This document shows, one piece after another, positions 9,507 through 19,457 of a stretch of 58,444 nucleotides of DNA (its first letter is position 1; the number at the start of each line of letters is the position of its first letter). The translations under genes and the position numbers were made by a program. The DNA comes from a virus (taxonomy: Duplodnaviria; Caudoviricetes). The stretch is taken from positions 1 to 58,444 of IMG/VR virus record IMGVR_UViG_3300017963_004517; one strand, given 5' to 3'. A model generated the notes under the pieces. The model did no database searches and had not been told where the DNA came from. It worked only from the letters and a program-made list of their open reading frames with translations.

Positions 9507-9552
9507 AGTCTAGCACACCTGTGCAGGCCTGTCAAGGTCGTAGACGTAGAAG
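9507..9552 (-). promoter_or_regulatory. sigma70 promoter abutting a copy of the 17-mer
   Basis: TTGACA-17-TAGACT (9535-9507); the 17-mer at 9536-9552 is directly upstream of the -35 box. Confidence 0.65.
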
Positions 9553-9694
9553 TTTTTTCAAAACGGCCAACTGACCCAGCCGGCAGCCAGTGCAACCGCA
9601 AATGCAATTGCAAGCGCGATCACCACCATGATACAGGCTTCGCCCATGGAGGTCAGGAAATCATGCAATAGACCGTACAGCCACTCTGAGAACC

Positions 9695-9961
9695 TCATAT
9701 AACCCAACCTTCCAAATCAGCCAGATGCCAGCGACCGCACTGACACTTCCAATAATACTTCCCGTGATAGGGACCGACCAGGGTGTGCATCCGGAGCGTA
9801 ACGCATCTAACACAATATTCATTCTGCATTGCACCCACTGCGCATCGAACAGACACGGGCGCCAGGGACTGCTCCTGGCACCTAGGACACTTCGTCGTCG
9901 ATGCGCTCTCTGGCTGGAATCGTTTTCCACAAACGCAATAACGCCAGCCGTACCTAGGCAT
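9695..9961 (-). CDS. Cys-rich multi Zn-ribbon protein
   Basis: CVCG, CPRC, CVRC, CQCG. Confidence 0.6.
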   Translation of the reverse strand: MPRYGWRYCVCGKRFQPESASTTKCPRCQEQSLAPVSVRCAVGAMQNEYCVRCVTLRMHTLVGPYHGKYYWKCQCGRWHLADLEGWVI

Positions 9962-10235
9962 CTTCTATTCTGTAATCCGTGTAATGACCAGCCGAGCCGG
10001 CCAGTTTGTTGACTGTGTGCCAGATAGCCGATTGTGCCTTCTTTTTGGCAGGGAAAATATGATAAGATCCATCCCCCATGATAAAAAGCAGATTCTGGCG
10101 CTCATCCCAACCCATCAACTTGTTGGCCGGAACAAAGCGCACAACAGACGGCTTCGCCGGCACGGGTGGAATGTATGGCTTGCGCCATTGACGACCGCTC
10201 CCCTTTTTGCTACCTGGATGATATATTTTTTTCAC
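9954..10235 (-). CDS. Hypothetical basic protein
   Basis: AGGAGG RBS, GTG start. Confidence 0.6.
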   Translation of the reverse strand: MKKIYHPGSKKGSGRQWRKPYIPPVPAKPSVVRFVPANKLMGWDERQNLLFIMGDGSYHIFPAKKKAQSAIWHTVNKLAGSAGHYTDYRIEDA

Positions 10236-10254
10236 AACAACCTCCTAATTAAAA

Positions 10255-10408
10255 CGAGACTGCCGGTCTAGGAGTTACGGGATAGCCAGATTGCGACTGG
10301 CTCAATGACCCGAGAACTTTCCGGCAGTCTCTGGGATACGACAGCGGGGAGCAGACATCGTATCCACCATCCACTCCCCATTATATATTGACAAATCACG
10401 CAAGTCAA
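10255..10408 (-). promoter_or_regulatory. Promoter followed by a long structured leader
   Basis: TTGACT-17-TATAAT; GGATACGA/TCGTATCC hairpin; GAGACTGCCGG/CCGGCAGTCTC stem enclosing AGCCAG/CTGGCT. Confidence 0.6.
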
Positions 10409-10536
10409 GTCACTTTCTCTTAATTTCATAAAAATTCTTGACTCGAGTAACTCGGCTGGACTTTTGGCCTTGAGACTGACCCCAATAGCCCCAGGTAAAA
10501 ATGTTCATAACAACATCGAACAGAGACAGCAACATC

Positions 10537-10866
10537 TCAACCATTCCAATCACCTCCTTCCGTTTCAATATACCATGCTGCCAGCAACTCCCTGCCCAGG
10601 TCGGTCACATGCAGGGTGCGGGGAGCCGTATGCCCACTTGGCAAAGTCATGCTGTCCAGCAGGCCGGCGCCGCGCATGGGCTCGAGATAAAAATTCACAA
10701 CACTGGTCGAACTAACTCCACAGGCATCCCCGATCTCACGTAATACTGGACCATACCCATATTCCAAGTAATAATCATCCAGATACCTCAAGATTGCCCA
10801 TCGTTTCGCGTTCATCTTGGCCTTAGCAATTATTGCAGAGTAATCCATACAAACCTCCGAAACCAT
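10537..10866 (-). CDS. LexA-N-like wHTH repressor
   Basis: GYGPVLREIGDACGVSSTSVVNFYL...RTL matches the LexA DNA-binding domain; no peptidase domain; divergent from the 10946 operon. Confidence 0.8.
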   Translation of the reverse strand: MVSEVCMDYSAIIAKAKMNAKRWAILRYLDDYYLEYGYGPVLREIGDACGVSSTSVVNFYLEPMRGAGLLDSMTLPSGHTAPRTLHVTDLGRELLAAWYIETEGGDWNG

Positions 10867-10945
10867 CTTGTAAGTCTAACTAATCTGGTGTAGAATGTCA
10901 TTACATGATGGTTTTCATTTCCTATAATACGAAAGGTTGTGCTAA

Positions 10946-11152
10946 ATGTCAAGAGACAAAACCAAACCCAAAACCTACCGATTGACAGAGGGCGAAGAAA
11001 TCGCAATCCAGGAACTCGCCCTCGCCGGCTGGGTCAAAGATCCGGAAGAGTTCAAAAACCGGACTGAAGTCGGAGTCCTGCGTAAAGCCCTCCGCGATGC
11101 CTGGAATAACTGCCCTGCCACCAAAGACAAACCGTTCCCAGGGGAGGAGTAG
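10946..11152 (+). CDS. Small Cro/RHH-like protein
   Basis: Divergent from the repressor; KTYRLT...VLRKAL. Confidence 0.55.
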   Translation: MSRDKTKPKTYRLTEGEEIAIQELALAGWVKDPEEFKNRTEVGVLRKALRDAWNNCPATKDKPFPGEE

Positions 11153-11155
11153 TCT

Positions 11156-11341
11156 ATGAGCGTAACTCCCGAACCAACAGATGAAGAATGCAAACGATGG
11201 GCTCTTGAAGATTTGGAAAAAAACAACATCGGCAATGCGCTCGGAGGGACGTTGCCGACCTTGTTCGGTACACCTGCCCAAATGAAAAATAAACTTGATC
11301 TAATTGAAAAGACGCTAGAAAAAAAAGGAGAGCAAAAATGA
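11156..11341 (+). CDS. Hypothetical protein
   Basis: GGAGGAG RBS; coupled to the next gene. Confidence 0.6.
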   Translation: MSVTPEPTDEECKRWALEDLEKNNIGNALGGTLPTLFGTPAQMKNKLDLIEKTLEKKGEQK

Positions 11342-12267
11342 ACGATACTATGTTCAACGAAACTGATGATCTGGATGAACAACTGAACGATTATGTAGGC
11401 CGGCGAACACTGGTCTCCAGCATGAAGGATAGCGCCAATAAGCGACCAGAACTGGATGACCTGTCACTGCAATCAGAGATCCGAAAGAATGCCTGGCTAT
11501 ATTTTTTCCTGCTAGTCTCTGCCATGTTCACGTCTACCCTCGGCTTCATGATGGGAATTGCCCCCCACCGAACCGAAGCCGGCATTTACTACAATACCGA
11601 CATCGGTCACATGGTCCTGGCAGTAATCTACGCGATTGCATTCGTGACCGTGACCGAATTTGCATTCGGCCTGGCCAAATGGCTGTACTTCCGTCGTGAA
11701 GAGAAAAACATACGGCAAAAAATCTCTATGCTGGTCATGATGGGGATTTCGGGCATATCTATTGTAGCCACGGGGATTGCCGGCGGGATGGTGATCGCTT
11801 CTACAATTGCATTCCTTACAGACTTCCAAGCCATCCCCCACCAGGCACAAATTTGGGTTATTGTGGCTATCCCGACTCTGATGTTCGTCTATGCCCTATG
11901 TGGAACGATCTATATTCTATCCTCAGACGAGGCCGCTGCCAAACGCTTGGTGAGTGAGAAGGAACGCGAAAACGATCTGGACTACAGGACCAGGCAAAAA
12001 TTAATCCGTCAATGGGGCAAAGAGCAGGTGCAACGTGAAGAGATAAAATCCTACATTCGGTTGATCCAAGAGGGCAAACTGACCGCCGGCGAGGCCAACG
12101 CTGCCATAGAAGCCGGTATGACTCTTGGAGAGCTAGAGCAGGATCTCAACCGCGACCTGGACGGCGATGGAGAAATCAACCGAAAACGCCAGAGTCCTCC
12201 TGTAATCCGTCAGCCAGCCTACGCCAACGAAACCCGGGATTTTACCCGACCGTCGGATCGGAGCTAA
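11338..12267 (+). CDS. Four-TM membrane protein with coiled-coil C-terminus
   Basis: Four hydrophobic segments then a charged helical tail; AAGGAG RBS. Confidence 0.8.
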   Translation: MNDTMFNETDDLDEQLNDYVGRRTLVSSMKDSANKRPELDDLSLQSEIRKNAWLYFFLLVSAMFTSTLGFMMGIAPHRTEAGIYYNTDIGHMVLAVIYAIAFVTVTEFAFGLAKWLYFRREEKNIRQKISMLVMMGISGISIVATGIAGGMVIASTIAFLTDFQAIPHQAQIWVIVAIPTLMFVYALCGTIYILSSDEAAAKRLVSEKERENDLDYRTRQKLIRQWGKEQVQREEIKSYIRLIQEGKLTAGEANAAIEAGMTLGELEQDLNRDLDGDGEINRKRQSPPVIRQPAYANETRDFTRPSDRS

Positions 12268-12293
12268 CCGGGCCGGCGGGGATACCAGACAGA

Positions 12294-13072
12294 GTGCCAA
12301 CAGAACTGCCAACAGACAACATTGATCTGTTGGCAGTCGGCCTGCAATCTGTTGGCATTCAAGATTTTAGCCTTGTAAACCCTGTTGGCACTGCCAACCA
12401 ACCGTTGAAAGTGCCAACAGGAACCCGCCGCGAATGGCGGATACACCGTGAAACCGGAGAACTTCGAGGAGTGTGCTTCCGTGAACGCAACAAAAAAAGA
12501 AAAACAGTCGCCTGGATTAATCACGATAGCCCCGGCTTCGAAGTCATCCGCGCCGAATATGAGCGATGGCAACGAACCGGACGATATCCTGTTGGCAGTG
12601 ATGTGGTCAGTGTTGGCAACGCTAATCAATCGGAATAAGGCTCTGTTGGCAACTGCCGACTACAAGGGACAGCCGGCAACCGTGGTGATTCTTGTTGGCA
12701 CTTTGCCAACAGACAAGGGAATCGAACCTGTTGGCACTGCCAACCAACCGTTGAAAGTGCCAACAGGGAAGAACTAGCAAAAAAAGGATACTCCAATGAT
12801 GATAATATGCCCTGTATGTAGAGTAGAGCTAATCGATAAGGATCGCAGGAAAGTCGAAGATTATGCTGCTGTAAACTGTATGAATTGCGGATCGCTTGTT
12901 TTGGTTGAAGTAAAGCTCAGGAAGAGAGCAGCCCCAGCCATAACCCCTCGCACTTCACTCAATCCGTGGAGTCGAAAAAATAGACACCGTTGAAAGTGCC
13001 AACAGACAAGGGAATCGAACCTGTTGGCACTGCCAACCAACCGTTGAAAGTGCCAACAGAAGTGCCAACAGA
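12294..13072. repeat. Array of TGCCAAC/GTTGGCA direct and inverted repeats
   Basis: About 20 copies by eye; CCTGTTGGCACTGCCAACCAACCGTTGAAAGTGCCAACAG recurs near 12381, 12727 and 13020. Confidence 0.85.
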
Positions 13073-13141
13073 CAAAATTGACTGAGGCCAAAAACATGCC
13101 TCGTTATCAAAAATAACGGTATCCCTGAGAAGAGAACCTCT

Positions 13142-13465
13142 ATGACTGCACCACGTACCCCTAAGAGCAAATATCCACCCAATGTGCCCGAAAAACTGGT
13201 TTCCAAATATTTGGAGTGCGAGAGCAACATGAGCCGGCTCGCTCGCCGGCTTGGAGTCAACAAAGCGCACATCCACAATCTGTTGGTACACGGCAAGGAA
13301 CCCAAAGACAAGAAGCTCAGGAAAAAGCTATTTTTGCCGGCGAAAAGCCGCGAGGGGATCCCGGCCTGGGTCATCGGGGCAACAAAATACCTGACAGACC
13401 TGGAGGAAAAATCACTCACAACGCAAATGCGAATGTATGACCGAAAAGGGAAACGAGTGAAATGA
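13142..13465 (+). CDS. HTH-containing basic protein
   Basis: NMSRLARRLGVNKAHIHNLL. Confidence 0.65.
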   Translation: MTAPRTPKSKYPPNVPEKLVSKYLECESNMSRLARRLGVNKAHIHNLLVHGKEPKDKKLRKKLFLPAKSREGIPAWVIGATKYLTDLEEKSLTTQMRMYDRKGKRVK

Positions 13466-13824
13466 AACGGCTGATACTCATCTTGGCTCTGGCTTCCATG
13501 GCCTGTCAACTCCAGTCGGCGCCGGCTACCAGCACGCCCCAGGTACCGACGCCCATCCTGACCAGCACGGTCGTAGACGTAGAAGCGGGGAAGGGGGAAG
13601 CGCCAAGCCCATCCCCAACGCCGGCAGCCAGAGATTACACCGTGTCGGCTTATCGCCTGTGGGTGCGCGATATGGATATGATGCGGGTTGAGTATCTGAG
13701 CCAGGGAGATCCGGTCACCTGCATGCCAACAGACTCAGGATGGTGTATCATGGAGCAGGGCCGTCGGGTGTGGGCCGGCTGCCTGGATCCGAACCCCAAA
13801 CAACTAGGATGCGAAGCGAGGTAA
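13462..13824 (+). CDS. Lipoprotein with Pro/Thr linker and SH3-like domain
   Basis: Lipobox LASMAC, PT-rich linker, LWVR...GW...VWAGCL. Confidence 0.7.
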   Translation: MKRLILILALASMACQLQSAPATSTPQVPTPILTSTVVDVEAGKGEAPSPSPTPAARDYTVSAYRLWVRDMDMMRVEYLSQGDPVTCMPTDSGWCIMEQGRRVWAGCLDPNPKQLGCEAR

Positions 13825-13828
13825 CAGG

Positions 13829-13872
13829 AAAAAAAACTCCCCTCAAGCTGCTCAGGCTCGAGGGGAGTTTTT
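13829..13872. terminator. Bidirectional intrinsic terminator
   Basis: A-tract, CTCCCCTC...GAGGGGAG stem, T-tract, between convergent genes. Confidence 0.8.
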
Positions 13873-13894
13873 AGTTTTGATTACCTACCTCTCG

Positions 13895-14191
13895 TTAGAC
13901 AATCAGATAATAAGCGACCAGGACACCTGCCAACCATTTCAGTACGGCATTCACAATGTTGTGATACTGGACCGGGATGAACTTCTCAAGCAAGGCATGT
14001 CCCACAAAGGCAAGCAGCGCAGCAATGCCAGCCGCCAAAACCTTTAGTTGCTCACCAATATCAATGCCGGCCAAGTTGAATAACCAATCAGTCAACCAAG
14101 ATGCCGGCCACAACAGTAGGGCAGTCAAAGCAGCGGTCAATTCAGCCGGCCACTCAACTACCTTCATCAAGAAGTTTTTTTGTTTCGCCAT
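13895..14191 (-). CDS. Small three-TM membrane protein (holin-like)
   Basis: Hydrophobic 98 aa at the end of the late operon. Confidence 0.55.
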   Translation of the reverse strand: MAKQKNFLMKVVEWPAELTAALTALLLWPASWLTDWLFNLAGIDIGEQLKVLAAGIAALLAFVGHALLEKFIPVQYHNIVNAVLKWLAGVLVAYYLIV

Positions 14192-14243
14192 CGGAAATCT
14201 CCTTCTCCCGGCATACGACCGGGAACACTAGTGTAAACCTATT

Positions 14244-15350
14244 CTACAGATATTTCTCAATTTTTGCAAGGAACCGATCACGCCGGAACGGACTCCCGAT
14301 CATGCGTCTCTTCCAGTCGGCTATCTCCGCGTCATCCTGGATCGCACGCCGGAGCAGGCTGAGAGTCTGTCCCTTATTTTCACACTGCATGATATCGTAA
14401 GGAAACGCAACCAGGTGCTCGTACTTTTTCCAATTGCGTGCCCACATGACCGGTCCACGCCTGTGTTGAATGTGAGTCGGCATATCCGTGGCCATGGCCA
14501 CTGCCGGCACCCCCCGAGCCACGGCCAGGTACAGGAACGTCTGGTGCGCTACAACCAGGTCGGCGCCATCGATCTGGTCAAAGGCATTATTCATGAATCC
14601 GACCGTATATCTGATGTTTGGATGCTCTACTTTCTCGAGCCCAGACTCCCCCAGGTTTTTCACAAAGCGTACAGTCAAATGGATATCATCGTCATAAGCC
14701 AGCCGAGCCAGGCGCTCGAACGTCCCCCGGTTGACATCCTGGTCAACTCCACTGCAGCGAGGATGGATGGGAGCAAATAGAACTTCCCGAGGCTCATTTC
14801 GAGGCCGAAACTGCCGGATCGGGCAAAGCGACCAGCCGACCACTTCCAGAGGGCGAGAATACCCGAACGCCTCCATCACTTCGACATGCCCCTGGGCACT
14901 GACAAAATGCGCCGTTGTATAGTGCCACTCCTTGAAAATATCGTTCACCACATCCGGCCTGGCTGCGTGAGGATAGACAAAAAAGACCTTAGTGCCATGA
15001 TTCCGCATCTTATCCAGTTTGAATCGCCGCCCCCCCATGTCGGTATCGGTCAATACAAAAAGAGTCCCCGGATAATTGAAACCATCCACAAAATGGTACT
15101 TCCCTCCGCGATTGATAGCATCGATGAACTTGTCAGCCTTACCCTGGTGGTTGAAGCAAGCAAATGCAGTATATTCGACAGGGACAACTGGAGGGCGAGA
15201 AGGATGTGCCGGCCGGCGGGGAATCCTAATTTCCGACCGGTCTCGAGGGACAAAATTTGTTTTTTTACAATCACGACAATGGTACTTGTCAACATTGGTC
15301 ATCGACCTCAAAAAGCGCAGCTTGGGTGAATTGCAAAACTGACAACGCAT
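14244..15350 (-). CDS. Putative GT-B fold glycosyltransferase with N-terminal Zn ribbon
   Basis: CQFC/CRDC; VLFAP; IDGADLVVAH...LAVARGVP; paralogue of 17601-18509. Confidence 0.6.
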   Translation of the reverse strand: MRCQFCNSPKLRFLRSMTNVDKYHCRDCKKTNFVPRDRSEIRIPRRPAHPSRPPVVPVEYTAFACFNHQGKADKFIDAINRGGKYHFVDGFNYPGTLFVLTDTDMGGRRFKLDKMRNHGTKVFFVYPHAARPDVVNDIFKEWHYTTAHFVSAQGHVEVMEAFGYSRPLEVVGWSLCPIRQFRPRNEPREVLFAPIHPRCSGVDQDVNRGTFERLARLAYDDDIHLTVRFVKNLGESGLEKVEHPNIRYTVGFMNNAFDQIDGADLVVAHQTFLYLAVARGVPAVAMATDMPTHIQHRRGPVMWARNWKKYEHLVAFPYDIMQCENKGQTLSLLRRAIQDDAEIADWKRRMIGSPFRRDRFLAKIEKYL

Positions 15351-15946
15351 TATCGCCTCAGTTTTTTCAGGAACACCCTGGCTACATAATGACTGTTCGC
15401 ACCAGGGACGTGATAAACAGTATCAATGCAGTGCATTCCATGACTCTCGAAAATTTCACGATAGTTGCGGGATACATGCAGGGAGCCATTGCGGCTCTTC
15501 TCGTCCTCGATAGTGATGATCAGCTTGCGCGTGCGCTCGTACATTTTAGCAAAAACCCACTCACTGTCAGGATGCAGGTGCATAAGCACCGCCACTGAAA
15601 AAATGACATGCACCGTCCTGTGTGTCGGCAACTGCTCCTCGATTGCTCCGATCCGGATTTTAGCTGCGAGCTCAGGATACTTGTCCACCATCAGTTCAAT
15701 TGCATCCGGATTGATCTCGATCCCATAAAGCCGTTGGTAGCCGGCCTGGCTGAGGGTTGCCAGGTTCCGGCCAACGTTACAACCTAACTCAAGCACAGTA
15801 TGGGAGTACGCTACGTGATGTTTACGGAACAGGTCCAACAGAAACTGGCTGCGCTTATCAGACCGGATTCCCGACACATAACACTCAGGCCTGTTCTCTT
15901 CCGGAGGGTTGTACCAATAATCCCAGATCTCCTCGCGCTTATCCAT
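15350..15946 (-). CDS. Class I SAM-dependent methyltransferase
   Basis: VLELGCNVGRNL, YGIEIN, SVAVLMH. Confidence 0.9.
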   Translation of the reverse strand: MDKREEIWDYWYNPPEENRPECYVSGIRSDKRSQFLLDLFRKHHVAYSHTVLELGCNVGRNLATLSQAGYQRLYGIEINPDAIELMVDKYPELAAKIRIGAIEEQLPTHRTVHVIFSVAVLMHLHPDSEWVFAKMYERTRKLIITIEDEKSRNGSLHVSRNYREIFESHGMHCIDTVYHVPGANSHYVARVFLKKLRR

Positions 15947-16793
15947 TAGTACACCATACTCCCATCCGGGTCAATAATCCATTCGAATGGTCAATCCATT
16001 CCAGGCCGGCACGGCTGAACATTGGCTCGATCTCGGATGCGAAATTCGCAGCCTCGACCCAATCCCACTGCGTATCCATCCCGTACTGGCGCGTGAATAC
16101 CTGCTCGGTCCGGAAGCTATCCGGCTCATAATCGGGCAGACCATCCCACCAATGATGCTGCAGGTCACGCCCCTCGGGGAATCCCAGGTCAAATCCGATT
16201 GTGTGAACTTTCGCACACCCCAGGATGCCGGCCCAATGTAAGCACTGGAATGCCACTCCTCCCACGCTCCAGTTTGTCCGGCACCCCAACTCGGCTCGCC
16301 GTTTGAATATCGCGCCCAGCAGCAGCCCCTGGTCATATTCTCTCAGACTGAAATTCTTATCCATGTGCGCCCGGTTGAAACGGATGATATTGGGAGTATG
16401 CAGCCCGAAATGGGAGCCGACAGACGGCAGGTTTTTGTGACAGTTTGGGATCCAGTTTTGCCAGTTGATCAATCTATACTTGGCTGTGTTTTCAGCCCTG
16501 AACACATGCAGGTATTTTATATCCCGCTCGATGCCCTTCATAGAATAGATAAAAGCCCGGTTCAGGTTCTCGCCAACCAGCCAATACTCAGCACCAGGAA
16601 TCGCAGTTGCGCTATTGCAAGTAATGATCACGTCCGGATTCAACTTCTTCTTGAAATACTCCCACATTTTCCCGCTCGGACCACCCAGGATAATCAGAGC
16701 ACGGCCTCCCTCGAATTTCCCCTTGTGCCGGCGAATGATAAAAGGCTCGTCCGGTCTGTTGTGAGACTTATCGAACATCTCGCAGATCCTCAT
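15939..16793 (-). CDS. Maf/DUF115-like (sialyltransferase-like) protein
   Basis: ALIILGGPS...IITCN...AGILGC.KVHTIGFD. Confidence 0.6.
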   Translation of the reverse strand: MRICEMFDKSHNRPDEPFIIRRHKGKFEGGRALIILGGPSGKMWEYFKKKLNPDVIITCNSATAIPGAEYWLVGENLNRAFIYSMKGIERDIKYLHVFRAENTAKYRLINWQNWIPNCHKNLPSVGSHFGLHTPNIIRFNRAHMDKNFSLREYDQGLLLGAIFKRRAELGCRTNWSVGGVAFQCLHWAGILGCAKVHTIGFDLGFPEGRDLQHHWWDGLPDYEPDSFRTEQVFTRQYGMDTQWDWVEAANFASEIEPMFSRAGLEWIDHSNGLLTRMGVWCTNG

Positions 16794-17604
16794 CCAGGAT
16801 ATTGCCTATGTGCCGGCAGAGTCGCTCCTCTGTGCATAGTCTCAAGCCAACCTCGCCAAGAGCAACGTCAAAAGGCCACTCGTCCGGAGTCAGCAGTCCG
16901 TCCACTGCTGCATCCGCAACCTGGGAAATTTTCTCAACGATCCCAATAAACTGGCAATGATGGGATTGGGCATAGACCCGCTGGCCTAGATAGCTCATCC
17001 TGTAATCCACATCATTCTCAGTGAGCTTATTATATTTATCCCAGGACCAGCCCACGGAAGCAGCGTGCTGCCGTTCCCAGCTTTCAGGAATGAAACGACC
17101 CTGCTCCAACTTTGCACACGCCCGAGCCCATTCTAAAGTCGATTCTATTCCGCGTCGAAATTGAGTCCTGATAGGGTAGCCGCTCACAGCCGCAACATTT
17201 GGGAACAGTCTCAATATTCCCACCTGGGGGAAAAGCCAATTGTCGTAATAGTAGATGTCATCATCTGAACAGCATACAACCGCATTGAGGGGGAGCATCT
17301 TCAACGCCATAGCTCTGGCCAGCCCCTTCCCCAGATTGGGTGACTGGACCAGGATGTCCGGCTGGAAATCATCCTGCAGCCAGTCTAGCAGCAACCGGCT
17401 CGAGCCGTTATCCCAGACAAAAAATGTATGATCGCAATGAGCCCGGTCGCGCATGGTTTCCAGGCACGTCTGGATGACCTCCATCCGTTCCTTGTGATAG
17501 CCAGACGTGTCGTCATCTCTCCAGTGGGTGACCACAAAAAAAATGACGGCCTTGAGTTTATAACCAGCCGGCTTTTTGTGGTTCGGATTTGTCAGCGTTC
17601 TCAT
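16768..17604 (-). CDS. GT2-family glycosyltransferase
   Basis: VWDNGSS, NLGKG.AR, SDDD motif, HIG. Confidence 0.85.
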   Translation of the reverse strand: MRTLTNPNHKKPAGYKLKAVIFFVVTHWRDDDTSGYHKERMEVIQTCLETMRDRAHCDHTFFVWDNGSSRLLLDWLQDDFQPDILVQSPNLGKGLARAMALKMLPLNAVVCCSDDDIYYYDNWLFPQVGILRLFPNVAAVSGYPIRTQFRRGIESTLEWARACAKLEQGRFIPESWERQHAASVGWSWDKYNKLTENDVDYRMSYLGQRVYAQSHHCQFIGIVEKISQVADAAVDGLLTPDEWPFDVALGEVGLRLCTEERLCRHIGNILDEDLRDVR

Positions 17605-18509
17605 AGATATTCCCTAACAATTCCCAGGAACCGCTCCCTGTCGAAATTAGAGCCAATGTGCGCAGCTTTCCAGTGCTCTACTGCACCGGACCCGGATACT
17701 GCGAACCCGAGCACCTCATCGATGGTCATCCCTTCCAGAGACAAGGGATAGGCATAAAGATCACGGTAGGACTCAAAATTCTTGGCTCGCCGGCCGGTAA
17801 TCGTCTCGAGAGGCTCATCCTGTCCATACATGACAGTAGGGCATCCCCGAGCGACCCCCAGGGCCGCTGGGGTAGTGACTGAAATCATCAGGCCGGCCTG
17901 GTCAATGCGCTCGATCATATCGCCGGCGGGATTGGCTGTCGCTTTTGGATTGGTCGTGATCACCTTCCATCCGAGGTCTCCATCGTGCAGGTTTGGGAAC
18001 TGGCCGGCCAGCCGGCAGATCGTGACACTGTTCCAAACATCGTTGTAATCAAGTACAAATTTCAGCACCCCTTCGTCTAACTTCGCCTGCCGGCCCTTGT
18101 CGCGCCTGGGCCTGGCAGGAACAAACAACAGGTCAAGAGCCTTTGCAGGCCGGAAGGGGAGCACATCGCAACGCGGGAACCCACAGGCCTCCACCCGGTT
18201 CGGATATCCGTAGGCCTTCATAACCGCACGCTGCCCCTCGCCGGCCACGAAATTGCAGGCCACAGGGAGAGGCTCATAAATCCCATCCCAGATATAGCAG
18301 GTCAGGGGAGTGTGAGGGTAAACAAAAGCCGGCCCTCGGTTTATGATGAAATCCTCCTTCATCTCTCTGCGACGGAAATGATTCTCAATATCGTACAGGA
18401 TGAAATCAGCCTGGTCGAGCTTATCCACCCGGACATAGCCGGCGGACTCCAACGCTAGAACATAGGCACGGGCAGAGTCCTTGTTCTCGAAAACAAAAAA
18501 ACGTTTCAT
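17601..18509 (-). CDS. Putative GT-B glycosyltransferase (paralogue)
   Basis: FVYPH, YGY..VE.CGFP.C, LLFVP, VARGCP shared with 14244-15350. Confidence 0.6.
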   Translation of the reverse strand: MKRFFVFENKDSARAYVLALESAGYVRVDKLDQADFILYDIENHFRRREMKEDFIINRGPAFVYPHTPLTCYIWDGIYEPLPVACNFVAGEGQRAVMKAYGYPNRVEACGFPRCDVLPFRPAKALDLLFVPARPRRDKGRQAKLDEGVLKFVLDYNDVWNSVTICRLAGQFPNLHDGDLGWKVITTNPKATANPAGDMIERIDQAGLMISVTTPAALGVARGCPTVMYGQDEPLETITGRRAKNFESYRDLYAYPLSLEGMTIDEVLGFAVSGSGAVEHWKAAHIGSNFDRERFLGIVREYL

Positions 18510-19147
18510 CGGGACACCTTCAAAAATTGCACATAAGAGTCGAAATTTGCCATGTCGTAATAATACCCCATTTTGAAGCCATACCACACGAACTCCTGTA
18601 AAGCCAAGTTGATCGCGTCCGTGTATGTCTCCAGGTGCGCAGTCAGCCACAGATCGCGCACCTCCCGACTCCATCCCAGCACCCCCCAGGCCAGGCCAGG
18701 CTCCCCCATCTGCTTATTGATAATCACCCCTTCCCTGAGCATCCCAAACCGCTCTGGCAGGTCGGTCTGATGTAACCCGAGTGAGATCCCATCCATGGGG
18801 AACTCAGCGAACACGCTCACATCCGGGTAGGTATCCGGCATCGCAAAATAATAATAGTCGGCATAGTCCTCCAGGCCGGCCAGGATGGAACCCCAGAAAT
18901 CGAGATCCATGCGCTCATTCGGTCTGAGTAGTACCCGGTCATTTAGACCGCATCGATCAATGTGCCTGACAATCTCCCCAGCGGTCGCATCCGAATAAAC
19001 CACAATAACCTGCTCTGCCGGCATGGCGTTTATCGTCCGGTCTAGCAGCCACACACGCTCTCCACAGGGGAGCAGGAACTTTGGATAATATCCCCACCTG
19101 GAGCCCAGGCCGGCTGCAGGCACGATACCCAATTTTTTTATAGCCAT
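18506..19147 (-). CDS. Sugar-phosphate nucleotidyltransferase
   Basis: GIVPAAGLGSRW..PKFLLP, AMPDT, YYDM. Confidence 0.85.
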   Translation of the reverse strand: MAIKKLGIVPAAGLGSRWGYYPKFLLPCGERVWLLDRTINAMPAEQVIVVYSDATAGEIVRHIDRCGLNDRVLLRPNERMDLDFWGSILAGLEDYADYYYFAMPDTYPDVSVFAEFPMDGISLGLHQTDLPERFGMLREGVIINKQMGEPGLAWGVLGWSREVRDLWLTAHLETYTDAINLALQEFVWYGFKMGYYYDMANFDSYVQFLKVSR

Positions 19148-19392
19148 CGCTCAAACTCCGTAAAGGGAGTCTCCTTTATTGTGTATTGCCTCTGAGGGAG
19201 AGCCGACTGCTCCTCCAAGAGTTGCCGTAACTTCAAAATTGCGACATACTCATCCAATTTGGCCCTGTTCAGGATTTTCGCGTCCATTTTTAGTTCCAAC
19301 CCTTGAATGTACCATTTGCGATTCCTGGCAATCCGCTCCTCTAAGGCATCTATATCGGGGAACTGACCCCACGCTCCAGAAATTGGCATCAA
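19138..19392 (-). CDS. Hypothetical protein
   Basis: Fits the operon. Confidence 0.5.
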   Translation of the reverse strand: MMPISGAWGQFPDIDALEERIARNRKWYIQGLELKMDAKILNRAKLDEYVAILKLRQLLEEQSALPQRQYTIKETPFTEFERWL

Positions 19393-19457
19393 TCATCTAA
19401 TTTCTTTCCAGCGGCCGGCAAAATATATGGAGGCACTAGAACCATACTGCAACTCCA

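Noticed and set aside
12294-13072. CRISPR array
   Set aside because: Repeats are short, irregularly spaced and in both orientations, without uniform unique spacers; no cas genes.
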